A stretch of 64,000 nt of DNA from an uncultured Rhabdochlamydiaceae bacterium (GCA_963712275.1 CAVQHD010000001.1:1056001-1120000); one strand, 5' to 3'; shown: positions 39,553 through 51,207, counted from the first letter of the stretch. Translations and numbers: made by a program. The notes: a model not told the origin generated them from the sequence alone.

Positions 39553-40188
39553 ATGGGAACACAAATCAGGCCTACTTCAGGTAAGGGAAATTTCTTTCCT
39601 CCTGTAGTTTCACCGAGGACTTCGAGAGTCGTCGAGGTCGCCTTAGTTGCCTTGGTCGCACTTGTGGGTTTAACCGTCATTTGGATGATTAGAAAAAGAA
39701 TCTATCAGCCTAGACCGCCTCCTCGGCTTCCTGAGGTGCCTCATCGTTTTCCAATGGTTATAGAGGATCCCCAAGCTGTGGACTTGCAGATGAATAAAAA
39801 TGGGTATCCTGAAAATTTGGTTGCCGCGCTTGGTGGGGTGGAAGCTTTTAACCAATACCCTGTCTTAGAAAGCGCCAAATGCAACCTCTGTGTTCGCAAA
39901 GAAGGGCTTAACCCTTATTTGAAGGTAGACTCTTCTAGCATGACACACCCCATCATGAGAGGAATGGATCCTCTAGGAAGACCTTTTATTTTAATTCGAA
40001 CGAAATATAAGAAATCTCAAAAAATTAGTGTCGATGTGATAATCTGTCGCGACATGAAAGAGAATCGTTGGTATTACAATGAGGCAGGATCGTATGAGAA
40101 TTTCCCTACTCCTGTGCTGAAAGGACAATTGTTATGGTTTATTCAGCAACTTATTGCCGGAGAGCATAATATTTTAGAACTTGTCTAG
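39553..40188 (+). CDS. Hypothetical single-pass membrane protein
   Basis: 211 aa with a TM segment VALVALVALVGLTVIWMI and a Pro-rich linker; AT-rich upstream region. Confidence 0.6.
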   Translation: MGTQIRPTSGKGNFFPPVVSPRTSRVVEVALVALVALVGLTVIWMIRKRIYQPRPPPRLPEVPHRFPMVIEDPQAVDLQMNKNGYPENLVAALGGVEAFNQYPVLESAKCNLCVRKEGLNPYLKVDSSSMTHPIMRGMDPLGRPFILIRTKYKKSQKISVDVIICRDMKENRWYYNEAGSYENFPTPVLKGQLLWFIQQLIAGEHNILELV

Positions 40189-41186
40189 CAAAGCACCAGT
40201 CGGTAGCGGGCTTTATTCTTCTTGATTTTGTCAATCGCTTCGTTAACTCGGGTCATGGGAAGAGTTTCCACTAAGGCTTTAATCTGATGCTGGGCGGCAA
40301 AGTGGAGCATTTCTCGCATGAGGTAGCGACTTCCTGTACCACTGCCGCAGATGGTGCGGTTTCCTGAGATCAAAAGGCGGGCTGGAATTTTGAGATCGGA
40401 GGGGGGAATCCCCACGAAACAAAGCTTTCCATGAGGCTTTAGAAGCTGTAGAAGGGCTGTCCACTCTAGGTCTGCATGGACTGTTGAGAGGATGAAATCA
40501 AATTGAGCTGGCATATTGGGTTTAAGGTCGGAAAGGAGAAGGAATTGATGGGCTCCAAATTCTCGAGCTTCCGCCTCTTTTTCTCGAGAGGTGGAGATTG
40601 CGGTGACTTCGCAGCCAAAGGCTTTGGCAAATTGAAGCGCTAAATGTCCAAGGCCTCCAATACCGATGATGGCAACTGATTGGGGCGCTTGCACTTGATA
40701 GAGTCGAAGAGGGGAATAGACGGTAATTCCCGCGCAAAGAAGAGGTGCTGCGCTTTTGGAATCGAGCTCAGGAGGAATCAGGTAGACGAACTCAGAGTTA
40801 ACAACGATCCGGTCTGCAAAGCCTCCCTGTCTATCGACACATGTTCGGATTTTAGATCTACACGAGGTTTCATCTCCTTTTAAGCAGCTATCGCAACTTA
40901 AACAGGCGTCGCATTGCCAACCCACCCCTACTCGATTTCCAACCTTGACTGTTTTGACCTCAGCTCCTGTTTTGAGGACCGATCCAATAATTTCGTGCCC
41001 AGGGACAAGGGGGTACTCAGAGATGTTCCAATCGTTATCAATGAGATGCACATCGCTGAAGCAGAGGCCGCAGCACTCAATTTGAATTTCTACGTCATGG
41101 GGATGAAGGGGAGGTGAAGGGTAATCATAAGGAATAAGCGGCTGCTTGGGGCCATGAGCTGCAAAAGCATGAATCATGACCTGCAT
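40185..41186 (-). CDS. Zn-dependent NAD(P)H aldehyde reductase/cinnamyl-alcohol-dehydrogenase-like
   Basis: CGLCFSD, PGHEIIG, CxxCxxC, APLLCAGITVYSPL, GIGGLGHLA, ARYRLVL. Confidence 0.92.
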   Translation of the reverse strand: MQVMIHAFAAHGPKQPLIPYDYPSPPLHPHDVEIQIECCGLCFSDVHLIDNDWNISEYPLVPGHEIIGSVLKTGAEVKTVKVGNRVGVGWQCDACLSCDSCLKGDETSCRSKIRTCVDRQGGFADRIVVNSEFVYLIPPELDSKSAAPLLCAGITVYSPLRLYQVQAPQSVAIIGIGGLGHLALQFAKAFGCEVTAISTSREKEAEAREFGAHQFLLLSDLKPNMPAQFDFILSTVHADLEWTALLQLLKPHGKLCFVGIPPSDLKIPARLLISGNRTICGSGTGSRYLMREMLHFAAQHQIKALVETLPMTRVNEAIDKIKKNKARYRLVLC

Positions 41187-41197
41187 GATACGTTGTT

Positions 41198-41989
41198 TTA
41201 GGGGCTGTCGTCAAAAGAATTCGAGGCGAAGATAGCCTCTGGTTCTTGAAGCACAAAATTCAAGAAGCGCTTAAAGGGAGCTAAGTATTGTTGGATAGGG
41301 TTTCCTGCTGGGGATTGAAGGAGTTTATCTAAGATGTCTTTGAGATTTTCTTCGACGAAGATTTGTTTAATCGCTTCTCCTAAAGCTGAATTCATCAGTT
41401 GATCGCCTAAATTTCCACCTTGACTGCTGATATTGAGAAGCTCAATTTGCTTTATCGGTTTAAGTTTTCGAACTTTGCCATCACTTTGATAATACAGTTC
41501 TGCCTGGATGTTCGTGAGTAAGAGTCGTTTAATCAAAACCGATTTTTGCGTAGCAGAGGGGCGGCTTTCATCCTGAGCTTGTTTGGCATTTGCCAAAATT
41601 GTGCTCCAGTTGCCTCGAGTTGACTTAGGAGAGTCGAATTCAAGGCCAATGTAGATGTTACTGAGGACGATCTGATCGATTTCAATGTTATCGTGGAGGA
41701 AGTGGGTTAAAGGGGTTTTAATGGAGATCTTCTCCGTTAATAAGGCTTTGGGAAGTTCAAAGCCCGTGGGACTATGGATTTCAAAGTGATCGATGGTTAG
41801 TTGTCTGGGAGAGAGGCGCATATCTCCGATTTCAACTCCGACCTTGAGTCGTTTGGAGAGGTGCGTTGCAATCATATCAGGGACACGAGACCATAAAAGA
41901 AAGAGAAAAATGACCCCCCCAATCAGACAGAGGAGAATAATCCCAGCAAGACTTTTATAAAAGGTCTTCATAACTGGTGGATTTATCAA
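41198..41989 (-). CDS. Hypothetical protein, AsmA-like with N-terminal membrane anchor
   Basis: N-terminal TM segment followed by a beta-rich region (IEIDQIVL, GNW). Confidence 0.55.
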   Translation of the reverse strand: MINPPVMKTFYKSLAGIILLCLIGGVIFLFLLWSRVPDMIATHLSKRLKVGVEIGDMRLSPRQLTIDHFEIHSPTGFELPKALLTEKISIKTPLTHFLHDNIEIDQIVLSNIYIGLEFDSPKSTRGNWSTILANAKQAQDESRPSATQKSVLIKRLLLTNIQAELYYQSDGKVRKLKPIKQIELLNISSQGGNLGDQLMNSALGEAIKQIFVEENLKDILDKLLQSPAGNPIQQYLAPFKRFLNFVLQEPEAIFASNSFDDSP

Positions 41990-42014
41990 TTTTTTATTTT
42001 AAAATCAAACAAAG

Positions 42015-42097
42015 AAAAAAGGTAGGTAAGTGAGGAAAGCCCTATCTCACTTTCCTCACCTACCTACCGAAAGGCGCTTTTTTACAAAAGCGCCTTT
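42015..42097 (-). terminator. Double-hairpin intrinsic terminator of groESL
   Basis: Minus strand reads AAAGGCGCTTTT/AAAAGCGCCTTT, then GGTAGGTAGGTGAGGAAAG/CTTTCCTCACTTACCTACC, then a T-tract. Confidence 0.8.
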
Positions 42098-42116
42098 GGT
42101 TAAGAAGCAAAAAAGA

Positions 42117-43748
<1,632 letters not shown>

Positions 43749-43763
43749 TTATTTCTCCTCAAG

Positions 43764-44075
43764 TTAATTAACAATTGCCACAATGTCGTCAGCTTTGACG
43801 ATGACATAATCTTCATCTTGAATGGTGACTTCTTGACCTGCATATTTATCCATTAAAATCACGTCGCCGACTTTGACAGGCATTGGGAGCGTTTTCCCTT
43901 CTTCTGTCATCTGACCAGGACCAACGGCGATTACTTTTGCTGTCTCTTGCTTTTTCTTAGCAGAGTCAGGAAGGATAATCTTACCTTTTAAAGTTTCTTC
44001 TTGCTCTAAACGTTGGGCTACAACGCGGTTGCCAAGAGGTTTCATTGATAATTTTTTTTCAGTTTGTTGTGTCAT
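43764..44075 (-). CDS. groES: Co-chaperonin GroES
   Basis: KPLGNRV, IILPDSAKKK, VIAVGPG, VKVGD; ATG 44075 follows AAGGAG. Confidence 0.97.
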   Translation of the reverse strand: MTQQTEKKLSMKPLGNRVVAQRLEQEETLKGKIILPDSAKKKQETAKVIAVGPGQMTEEGKTLPMPVKVGDVILMDKYAGQEVTIQDEDYVIVKADDIVAIVN

Positions 44076-44109
44076 ACTTATCTCCTTCAAAAAGGTTTTC
44101 TAAGGCTGT

Positions 44110-44180
44110 AGTTTAAAGGATAGGGGAATTTTTCACAAGGGTAATTGCAAAAAGCAGCAATTATGCCGAGCGAGTGCTAG
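44110..44180 (-). promoter_or_regulatory. groESL sigma66/70-type promoter with an imperfect CIRCE (HrcA) operator
   Basis: Minus strand CTAGCACTC-N9-AATTGCTGC (44154-44180) versus consensus TTAGCACTC-N9-GAGTGCTAA; TTGTGA-N17-TAAACT at 44138-44110. Confidence 0.65.
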
Positions 44181-44261
44181 AAAATGTGAAGGAAATTTTG
44201 CAACTCCCTCTTGACTATGACTTGATGAATCGATCATGATATGGCTATCAAGGAGTTAGAG

Positions 44262-46067
44262 GTGAATCGATTAGAAACTTCTTTACAGGACAAGTGGAAT
44301 GTTGAAGCATTTTATCCCTCATTAGAAGCGTGGAATAAAGATTTTAATCAATGGAGGGAGCAGGGAGAGGGGAGCTATTGGCAGAAAATCAATACATTTC
44401 GGGGAAGGCTTAAGGAAGGAGCTCCTGTTATTGTACAGCTCTTAGAGGCTTATCTGGAATTAGATCGACATCTAACGAAGCTTTATACGTACGCCCACTT
44501 GAGGCATGACGAAGATGTCAGCGAGACACAGCATAAAACAGCTTATCACCGAATCACGGCGCTGAGCCACGAATTCCGACAAATAACTGCGTGGATTGAG
44601 CCTGAGTTTCTCCAAATCGGTGAAAAAGATCTTGAGTTGATGCTTCAAGACCCTCTTTTAAAGCCGTATCGATTTTATTTAGAGAAAATTGTCCGCCTAA
44701 AGCCCCATGTCTTAGAATCCGCTCAGGAGGAGCTGCTTGCGCGTGCCGCTTTTGCTCTTGATGCGGCCGGAAGGGCTTTTGGGGCTTTCAATAATGCCGA
44801 TTTAAAATTTCCAAAGGTGGTCGACGGACAAGGGGTTTTTCATGAACTGACTCATGGAAAATATTTAACTTACTTACGCAGTCCGGATCGAATACTCCGT
44901 CAAGAATCTTTTCAAACACTTCATAGGACCTATAACCTGTGGGAAAATACACTCAGCGAACTTATTCATGGAGAAGTGCAAAAACATCTTTTTTTTGCAA
45001 AAGCCCGCAAATTTGAGTCTTGCCTTGAGGCGGCCTTATTTCCTCATCATATCGACCCCAAAGTCTACCTGGGGTTGATCGAAACTGTTCGGGCTCACCT
45101 TCCGGTTCTCCACCGTTATTTGGCGCTTCGAAAGAGCCTTTTAAATTTGGATGAGCTGCACCTCTATGATTTGCATGCTCCGCTGATTGCAGATATTGAG
45201 ATGAAGGTTGGGTTTGATGAGGCAGTTCAGTGGATTATTGAAGCCGTTTCTCCTTTGAAGCCGCCGTACCAACAGACTCTTCGAAAGGGGCTTGTTGTTG
45301 ATCGATGGGTCGATCGATATGAAAATGACCAAAAACGGTCGGGTGCTTATTCGAGCGGCTGTTATGATAGTTTTCCCTATATATTAATGAATTACCATGG
45401 CCAGTTTTATGATATGATGACGCTCTCGCATGAGGCAGGACATAGCATGCATTCCTATCTATCGTGGACGCATCAGCCTTATCATGATTCAGCCTATCCT
45501 ATTTTTCTTGCAGAGGTAGCATCAACGTTTCATGAAGAGCTAACGTTCCTTCATCTCATGAAAAATCTTCAAGATTCTAGACAGCGCGCTTATCTCATTA
45601 ACCAAAAGATTGAAGATATTCGAAATACGTTTTTCAGACAGGTAATGTTTGCAGAGTTTGAACTGAAACTTCACGAGAGTGCTCAGCAGGGGATTCCTTT
45701 GACTCCCGCCTATCTAAAGCAAGAATATCTCGAACTTAATCGTCAGTATTTTGGTCCTTCAGTGGTTATTGACGAAGAGATTGCAATTGAATGGGCGCGT
45801 ATTCCTCATTTTTACTACAATTTTTATGTCTACCAGTACGCGACGGGCATTTCGGCAGCCCATGCTCTTGTTCAAAAGGTTTTGAAAGACGGGCCAGAGG
45901 CTTATTTGCGATTCCTTTCTTCAGGCGGAAGTCGCTTCCCTCTTGATATTTTGCGAGAAGCAGGGGTCGATATGACCACACCCTTGCCTATTCGCGAGAC
46001 GCTGACACATTTTGAGAGTTTGGTTCAGCAGTTTCAAGAACTTACAGTGCTATCAACAAAAAAATGA
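44262..46067 (+). CDS. pepF: Oligoendopeptidase F
   Basis: KRSGAYSSG, PYILMNY, HEAGHSMH (HExxH), AEVAST, WARIPHFY; GTG 44262 follows AAGGAG (ATG 44241 is an alternative). Confidence 0.95.
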   Translation: MNRLETSLQDKWNVEAFYPSLEAWNKDFNQWREQGEGSYWQKINTFRGRLKEGAPVIVQLLEAYLELDRHLTKLYTYAHLRHDEDVSETQHKTAYHRITALSHEFRQITAWIEPEFLQIGEKDLELMLQDPLLKPYRFYLEKIVRLKPHVLESAQEELLARAAFALDAAGRAFGAFNNADLKFPKVVDGQGVFHELTHGKYLTYLRSPDRILRQESFQTLHRTYNLWENTLSELIHGEVQKHLFFAKARKFESCLEAALFPHHIDPKVYLGLIETVRAHLPVLHRYLALRKSLLNLDELHLYDLHAPLIADIEMKVGFDEAVQWIIEAVSPLKPPYQQTLRKGLVVDRWVDRYENDQKRSGAYSSGCYDSFPYILMNYHGQFYDMMTLSHEAGHSMHSYLSWTHQPYHDSAYPIFLAEVASTFHEELTFLHLMKNLQDSRQRAYLINQKIEDIRNTFFRQVMFAEFELKLHESAQQGIPLTPAYLKQEYLELNRQYFGPSVVIDEEIAIEWARIPHFYYNFYVYQYATGISAAHALVQKVLKDGPEAYLRFLSSGGSRFPLDILREAGVDMTTPLPIRETLTHFESLVQQFQELTVLSTKK

Positions 46068-46118
46068 TTGCTTCAAAAAAAGAAGAAGAGTATGGAGTTG
46101 TGTGCAAATTAGGAATTC

Positions 46119-46400
46119 ATGGCTGAAAAAAAAGTTGTTGATACGTTTACTGTTATTAATAAGCAGGGACTTCATACGCGGCCTTCAACAGAAATTGTCA
46201 AATGTGCAACAGCTTTTAGGTCTCGCGTGATGCTTGATCATAAAGGGGTTTGTGTCAATGCAAAATCGTTATTGGGGATTTTAATGCTTTCCGCAGGCGA
46301 AGGTGCAAAAGTGACTATTGAAGCTGTCGGAGAGGATGCGGAAGAAGCTGTTCGATCTATTCAGGAGCTTGCAAATCATCAATTCTACGTTAGTTATTAG
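46119..46400 (+). CDS. ptsH: Phosphocarrier protein HPr
   Basis: GLHTRPS (His15 motif), NAKSLLGILML (Ser46 motif). Confidence 0.93.
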   Translation: MAEKKVVDTFTVINKQGLHTRPSTEIVKCATAFRSRVMLDHKGVCVNAKSLLGILMLSAGEGAKVTIEAVGEDAEEAVRSIQELANHQFYVSY

Positions 46401-46810
46401 TGCTCATCCATTGCAACCGTTTTCGTGAAAACTTCACGGGTGCAGAAAAGAGGAATTTTTTTGGTTAAAGCTAAAATGATGGAATCACTGGGGCGTGTAT
46501 CGATTTCGAGCACTTGTTTTTGAGCTCCTAGGGATTGTTCTAAAAAAAGACGCGCGAAATAGGTGGTCTCTTGGACATCGTTGATGACTACTTGCAGTAG
46601 CTTGACGCCTAGCCCTTCAAAAGCTCTTTCCATGAGGTCATAGGTGGAGGGACGGGATGGGTGGACGTGAGTCAAATGAAGCTGGAGAAGCTGCCCCACT
46701 TGAGGTTCTGCGTAAATGGCAAACTTTTTTTCGTCTGTTCCAAGAATCATGACAGTATAAGCTCGCGATTGCAAGATTTTGTGAAAACTTAAGGGAATCA
46801 ATTCGCTCAT
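46397..46810 (-). CDS. Bifunctional nuclease family (DUF151) protein
   Basis: RPSTYDL, YFARL, IDTRPSDSIILAL. Confidence 0.88.
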   Translation of the reverse strand: MSELIPLSFHKILQSRAYTVMILGTDEKKFAIYAEPQVGQLLQLHLTHVHPSRPSTYDLMERAFEGLGVKLLQVVINDVQETTYFARLFLEQSLGAQKQVLEIDTRPSDSIILALTKKIPLFCTREVFTKTVAMDEH

Positions 46811-46854
46811 ATTAGACCTCTTTCGAAACTAGTTGAACAAAATCAACATTAATT

Positions 46855-47550
46855 TCAAGAGACAACGACGGAACCGTCTTTGAATCCGATAATCACACGG
46901 CCGGCTTGATTTAAGAAAAATCCTGTTTCAACCACTCCTGGAATGGAGCAGATCTTTTCATGGGCTTTAGCTGGATCGGAAGAGGAAAGGATGACATCGT
47001 AAATCAAGTTGTTGTTTTCGGTTGTCCAAACCGTTCCGTCGGGGTTTTTACGAAGCTTGCCTCGGTAGCCGAGCTGGTGAAGATGGTGGAGCGTGGCTGC
47101 TTGGCCAAAGGGGATGATTTCAACAGGAAGGGGTTTGGCGCCTAGCTTAGAAACAAGCTTGGTTTCATCGACAATAACAGCCATTTCTCGGCTCATATAA
47201 GCCAAGATTTTTTCTCGTAAAAGCGCTCCGCCAGCTCCTTTGATCATTTGTTTTTGAGAATCAATTTCATCTGCTCCATCGACATATAAATCGATAGAAG
47301 TCAGAGACGTCATATCGTAAAAAGGAAGCCCCCCTTTTTCAGCAAGAAGACAGGATGCGTTTGAGCTTGCAACGACATCGACTTTAATCCCTTGCCGATA
47401 GGCGCTACCAAGGGCTTCAATAAAATAAGCTGTTGTTGACCCGGTGCCGAGTCCAATGACCATCCCTTTCTCAATCAGGGAGATCGCTTTTTCTGCAGCG
47501 GCTTTTTTGCACGCCTCTAAGTTGACTAAATTCCCCACACAGCCTCGCAA
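46855..47550 (-). CDS. rpiA: Ribose-5-phosphate isomerase A
   Basis: GLGTGST, DGADEID, IKGAGGALLREK, PGVVETG. Start uncertain. Confidence 0.95.
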   Translation of the reverse strand: MRGCVGNLVNLEACKKAAAEKAISLIEKGMVIGLGTGSTTAYFIEALGSAYRQGIKVDVVASSNASCLLAEKGGLPFYDMTSLTSIDLYVDGADEIDSQKQMIKGAGGALLREKILAYMSREMAVIVDETKLVSKLGAKPLPVEIIPFGQAATLHHLHQLGYRGKLRKNPDGTVWTTENNNLIYDVILSSSDPAKAHEKICSIPGVVETGFFLNQAGRVIIGFKDGSVVVS

Positions 47551-47595
47551 GTTTCGTCGATACTAACATCATACATTCGATGGCAGATATATGCC

Positions 47596-47780
47596 ATATT
47601 TGAAACCTCTGCTCACTCGCACTTATTTTCATTTCTTCACCACGGAGACACGGAGGAGGATGAGATTGCACAGAGAAAAATTTTTCTCTGTGCAATCTCA
47701 TCCTCCTCCGTGGTGAAGAAATGGAAATAAGTGCGAGTGAGCAGAGGTTTCAAATATTTGCTCTAGCTTCCTGTGCTTTG
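47596..47780. mobile_element. Palindromic element family A copy with an 8-bp deletion in the right arm
   Basis: ATATTTGAAACCTCTGCTCACTC...GAGTGAGCAGAGGTTTCAAATAT; right arm lacks one CACGGAGA-equivalent unit. Confidence 0.85.
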
Positions 47781-47788
47781 TCTTTGTT

Positions 47789-47894
47789 AAAGTGGCGATA
47801 AGTCAATATTTTTCAGACTTATCGCCACCTTTATCAATCAAAGTGGCGATAAGTCTGAAAAATATTGACTTATCGCCACTTTGTTAGCTATAAT
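47789..47894 (+). promoter_or_regulatory. Four-site nested palindromic operator overlapping the promoter of the ATPase gene
   Basis: GTGGCGATAAGTC four times in alternating orientation (47789-47882); TTGACT (47865)-N18-TATAAT (47889). Confidence 0.75.
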
Positions 47895-47910
47895 TGGCGA
47901 AAACTAGGGA

Positions 47911-49371
47911 ATGAACATGGATGAAGCAATTATAGGTCGAGATGAGGAGGTACAAGCTCTTCAGGAAGTTTATGATTCTACCGAGCCTCAGTTTCTTGCC
48001 GTTTATGGGAGAAGAAGAATTGGTAAGACATACCTGATTAGTGAATTTTTTAAAAACAAAGGTGTGTATTTTGAGATAACGGGGATGAAAGAAGGGTCAA
48101 AGGCTGAGCAGTTGTTCCAGTTTGCCTATGAATTTTCTCGTAAATTTAATTCGGAAAAAAGAATTTCTCCTCCAAAAACCTGGGGAGAGGCTTTTATTTT
48201 ATTGAATGAAGCGATTGAAAAAGCACCAAATGAGAAAAAAGTTATCTTATTTTTCGATGAAGTTCCATGGCTTGCTTCTCCACGTTCTAATTTTCTAAAT
48301 GCTTTAGAGCATTTCTGGAATCGGTACCTCTCTAGGAACAAAAATGTGATTTTGATTGTTTGCGGCTCTTCAGCCTCCTGGATTATTAAGAAAATCATCA
48401 ACAATAAAGGGGGATTACATGGAAGGGTGACAAAAAAAATACGGTTGCTCCCGTTTACCCTTTCTGAGACAGAAAAATATTTTAAATCCCGGCATATTGA
48501 TTTAGACAGAAAACAGATTATGGATATCTACATGGCATTAGGAGGGGTTCCGAAATACCTCTCCTATGTCGCAAGGGGCAAATCCGCACCCCAAATTATC
48601 AATGAGTTATGCTTCTCCTCAAAGGGAGGCTTATATGATGAATTTAACAACCTTTATAAATCTCTTTTCGAGAGTTATGAGCATCATATAGCGATTGTTA
48701 AGGCGCTTGCCAAAGCAGTGAAAGGTCTATCAAAAGATGAACTTCTGAGTAAAGTCAAGTTAGCCTCGGGTGGGTCTTCAAGTAGAATCATAGAAGAACT
48801 GATGGATGCGGGTTTCCTGATTTGTGAGCCTTCATTTAATAAAAAAAAGAGAAGCGGAATATATCGGCTTGTCGATGAATATTCACTCTTCTACTTAACC
48901 TGGATTGCAGAAAATGTCTCCATCAGTTTAGAGAGTGTTGATCCTGAATATTGGATAAAAAAATATGATACATCCAAGTGGCATTCTTGGAGCGGCTGCG
49001 CCTTTGAATCGCTTTGTCTAAAACATATTCAATTTATAAAAAAAGCACTTGGAATTTCTGGCATCAGCACGATCGAATCAGGATGGCGCCATATTCCCAA
49101 AAAAGGAAGTGATAAAGGAGCGCAAATAGACCTTGTTATCGATAGGGCAGACAGATGTATCAACTTATGTGAAATGAAGTATAGCGACTCGGAATTTGTC
49201 ATCGACAAATCGTACATAGAAAAATTAAAAAATAAAAAAAAGGTTTTTAAAGAGCAAACAAAGACTTCTAAAACCCTTTTTTTGACTATGATTACAACCT
49301 ATGGTGTTAAAAAGAATGTGCATTATCTCTCAATCGTCGATCATCAGCTGACAATGGGTGACTTTTTTTGA
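47911..49371 (+). CDS. Archaeal-type AAA ATPase with wHTH and C-terminal PD-(D/E)XK nuclease-like domain (DUF234/DUF4143-like)
   Basis: IIGRDEE, YGRRRIGKT Walker A, FFDEVPW Walker B, CGS, GGVPKYL, AFE, QIDLVIDR..NLCEMK. Confidence 0.85.
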   Translation: MNMDEAIIGRDEEVQALQEVYDSTEPQFLAVYGRRRIGKTYLISEFFKNKGVYFEITGMKEGSKAEQLFQFAYEFSRKFNSEKRISPPKTWGEAFILLNEAIEKAPNEKKVILFFDEVPWLASPRSNFLNALEHFWNRYLSRNKNVILIVCGSSASWIIKKIINNKGGLHGRVTKKIRLLPFTLSETEKYFKSRHIDLDRKQIMDIYMALGGVPKYLSYVARGKSAPQIINELCFSSKGGLYDEFNNLYKSLFESYEHHIAIVKALAKAVKGLSKDELLSKVKLASGGSSSRIIEELMDAGFLICEPSFNKKKRSGIYRLVDEYSLFYLTWIAENVSISLESVDPEYWIKKYDTSKWHSWSGCAFESLCLKHIQFIKKALGISGISTIESGWRHIPKKGSDKGAQIDLVIDRADRCINLCEMKYSDSEFVIDKSYIEKLKNKKKVFKEQTKTSKTLFLTMITTYGVKKNVHYLSIVDHQLTMGDFF

Positions 49372-49417
49372 AGAAATACACTATACTGCCGATTCCAACT
49401 TATAAGGGAGAAAGAGG

Positions 49418-49717
49418 ATGCCAACGACGCCAAAAAACAATGCGCAGATCAAGAAACTAGCTGAGGAAAGTCCTAAAACGCAAAAAGCGCGAAGCAAGCT
49501 CAAGAAAAAACTTAGCAAGACAGAGGGGCAGCTGACATCAAAAGCTTTAAAAGCTAAGTCGGTAGAAATTGCTCAATGGATTGAGCGGTATTCATCCGAC
49601 CGCCTGCCCGTTCAAAAAGATATTTCTCTCTTCGATCAAAATCGGAATTCAGCCAAAATGAGCCGCAGTACTGAAAAACTAGCGGAAGAATTAGCTCTTG
49701 AGTTGAAAAAGGCGTAA
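49418..49717 (+). CDS. Small Lys-rich hypothetical protein
   Basis: 99-aa ORF with a purine-rich RBS, ending 5 nt before tyrS. Confidence 0.6.
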   Translation: MPTTPKNNAQIKKLAEESPKTQKARSKLKKKLSKTEGQLTSKALKAKSVEIAQWIERYSSDRLPVQKDISLFDQNRNSAKMSRSTEKLAEELALELKKA

Positions 49718-49722
49718 AAGAA

Positions 49723-50991
49723 GTGAATATCATTAATTGTCTGGAGGAAAGAGGGCTTGTTGAAGCCGTAACAAGCGAGGAGTTAAAAAATGTTTGCGCA
49801 AAGCCGATCAAGCTTTATATTGGGTTTGATCCGACGGCTGACAGTCTTCACTTGGGGAGTTTAATCGGAATCATCGTTCTTCGGTGGTTTCAAAAGTTTG
49901 GACATACGCCGGTGGTGGTTTTAGGGGGAGCGACGGGACGCATCGGAGACCCTTCGGGAAAAAGCGTTGAGAGGCCTCTCTTAGATCCCGTGGCAATCAA
50001 CTCCAATATTACACGGATTAAAGCCCATTTTGAAAAGATTCTCAATTTATCAGATCCTAAAACGTTGCCGCTATTTTTCAACAACGATGACTGGTTTGCA
50101 GACTACTCCTTCATCGATTTTTTAAGAGATGTTGGAAAATATTTCCGTGTGAATGTGATGCTCGCAAAAGAAAGCGTTAAGGCCCGTTTGGCGTCTGATG
50201 AGGGGATTTCCTTTACAGAATTTAGCTACCAACTTTTGCAGGCTTTTGATTTTTACCATCTTTTTCACAAAGAAGGGGTCGTTCTTCAAGCGGGAGGAAG
50301 TGATCAGTGGGGCAACATCACGGCCGGAACGGAATTGGTTCGTAAACTTCTTGGCCAAACAGCCTATGGTCTGACGCACCCGCTTTTGACCCGCAGCGAT
50401 GGAAAAAAATTTGGAAAGACAGAAGGGGGAGCGGTTTGGCTTGCTGCAGATCGAAGCTCTCCTTATGAGCTCTATCAATATTTGTACCGTACTCCTGATG
50501 CAGATGTCATTAAATTGATGCGAATGCTCACCATGATCGAAATGGGTGAGATTTGGCGGTGGGAGAAAAAGTTGAAAGAACCAAATTATATCCCTAACAG
50601 CGCGCAAAAACGGCTTGCTGAAGAACTGACGGCGCTATTGCATGGGAGCGAAGGGCTGCACTCTGCACTTCGGGCAACAGAAGCGGCAGCCCCGGGCCAT
50701 CAAACTGAATTGAATCCAGATGTCTTTCGTCAGATGATGAAAGAGCTTCCCTATGTTCAACTATCCAAAAGTGACGTCATCGATAAAAAGTATATCGACA
50801 TTGCAGTGCAAAGTGGTCTTGTTACCAGCAAAGGCGAAGCAACGCGTTTAATTGCTCAAGGGGGGGCTTATCTCAATAATGATCGCGTAAAAGACCCTCT
50901 TCTTTGTCTTCATGCAGCTCATTTGATTGGAGGGGAATTTATTCTTCTTGGTTCTGGTAGGAAGAAAAAAATCCTCCTTTACATCGTTTAA
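49723..50991 (+). CDS. tyrS: Tyrosine--tRNA ligase
   Basis: YIGFDPTADSLHLG, IGDPSGK, FTEFSYQLLQ, GGSDQWGNI, KFGKT, S4-like C-terminal domain. Confidence 0.97.
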   Translation: MNIINCLEERGLVEAVTSEELKNVCAKPIKLYIGFDPTADSLHLGSLIGIIVLRWFQKFGHTPVVVLGGATGRIGDPSGKSVERPLLDPVAINSNITRIKAHFEKILNLSDPKTLPLFFNNDDWFADYSFIDFLRDVGKYFRVNVMLAKESVKARLASDEGISFTEFSYQLLQAFDFYHLFHKEGVVLQAGGSDQWGNITAGTELVRKLLGQTAYGLTHPLLTRSDGKKFGKTEGGAVWLAADRSSPYELYQYLYRTPDADVIKLMRMLTMIEMGEIWRWEKKLKEPNYIPNSAQKRLAEELTALLHGSEGLHSALRATEAAAPGHQTELNPDVFRQMMKELPYVQLSKSDVIDKKYIDIAVQSGLVTSKGEATRLIAQGGAYLNNDRVKDPLLCLHAAHLIGGEFILLGSGRKKKILLYIV

Positions 50992-51003
50992 GATAATTTT
51001 TTT

Positions 51004-51207
51004 CAGAGCACGGGAAACTTAAAACTTTTGCTCACTCAGACTTATTTCCATTTCTTCACCACAGAGACACAGAGAGAGATGAGATTGCACAGAGAAATTT
51101 TTCCCTCTGTGCAATCTCATCTCTCTCTGTGTCTCTGTGGTGAAGAAATGGAAATAAGTCTGAGTGAGCAAAAGTTTTAAATATTAGTTCTAATTTCCCA
51201 TGCCCTG
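51004..51207. mobile_element. Palindromic element family A, longest perfect copy
   Basis: Perfect 76-bp arms 51019-51094 and 51105-51180; outer ends CAGAGCACGGGAAA...TTTCCCATGCCCTG. Confidence 0.88.
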
